A stretch of 64,000 bases of DNA, from positions 25,917 to 89,916 of IMG/VR virus record IMGVR_UViG_2597490230_000001. One strand, given 5' to 3'. The translations under genes and the position numbers were made by a program. The notes below the pieces were generated by a model. That model ran no database searches and was not told the DNA's origin. It saw only the letters and a list, made by a program, of their open reading frames with translations. How positions within the stretch are numbered: position 1 is the stretch's first letter; every line of letters begins with the position of its first letter. Positions 63,983-64,000 of this stretch are shown piece by piece. Origin of the DNA: a virus. Its lineage: Duplodnaviria; Heunggongvirae; Uroviricota; Caudoviricetes.

Positions 63983-64000
63983 CAGTAAATCCACATATAA
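63983..64000 (+). promoter_or_regulatory. rightward-oriented copy of the promoter-like motif (CAGTAAATCCACATATAA, cut by window end)
   Basis: Same motif as the four minus-oriented copies but on the + strand, at the right edge of a 1 kb ORF-free region. Confidence 0.4.

Noticed and set aside
1-64000. CRISPR array, integrase, repressor or other temperate or mobile-element hallmarks
   Set aside because: I saw no regularly spaced direct repeats with unique spacers, and no tyrosine or serine recombinase, transposase, or CI-like repressor. The window looks like a virulent phage.

Overview
This 64 kb window looks like part of a large virulent dsDNA phage of a gamma-proteobacterial (probably enterobacterial) host. 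I found no integrase, repressor or CRISPR array. Bases 1-4505 (+ strand) are the tail end of a late/lysis block: two Ala/Glu-rich proteins, a T7 gp3-like endonuclease I, and an embedded Rz/Rz1 spanin pair ending in a rho-independent terminator. From about 62.9 kb down to 4.6 kb nearly everything is on the minus strand. That block carries replication genes: a T7 gp4-like primase-helicase, a family-A DNA polymerase encoded as two separated ORFs, an E. coli-like SSB, an ATP-dependent ligase and a flap exonuclease. It also carries an ECF-like sigma factor and a nucleotide/NAD metabolism set (ThyX, Dcd, Dps, PhoH, thioredoxin, MazG, a macro-domain protein, Sir2, and a NAMPT plus Prs-like pair). Other calls are a T5-type endolysin, a metallophosphatase, a HAD hydrolase, several HNH endonucleases and a tRNA cluster. 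The most unusual content is threefold. (i) A cluster at 29.6-43.3 kb encodes a Gn-AT class II amidotransferase, two amidoligase-like proteins, an ATP-grasp ligase, a GGCT-like protein and a paralogous pair of unknowns; it may be a DNA-base or protein hypermodification system. A TGT/DpdA-like gene at 4.9-5.6 kb is a separate possible base-modification gene. (ii) An asymmetric 13-bp motif (ACTACTGTGACGG on the coding strand) occurs 11 times, all in one orientation, becoming denser toward the early end. (iii) A roughly 20-bp promoter-like motif (CAGTAAATCCACATAATATAA) sits just upstream of gene starts at about 13 kb intervals and flanks a roughly 1 kb non-coding divergent region at the right end. 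All functional calls come from motif recognition by eye; no database search was run.
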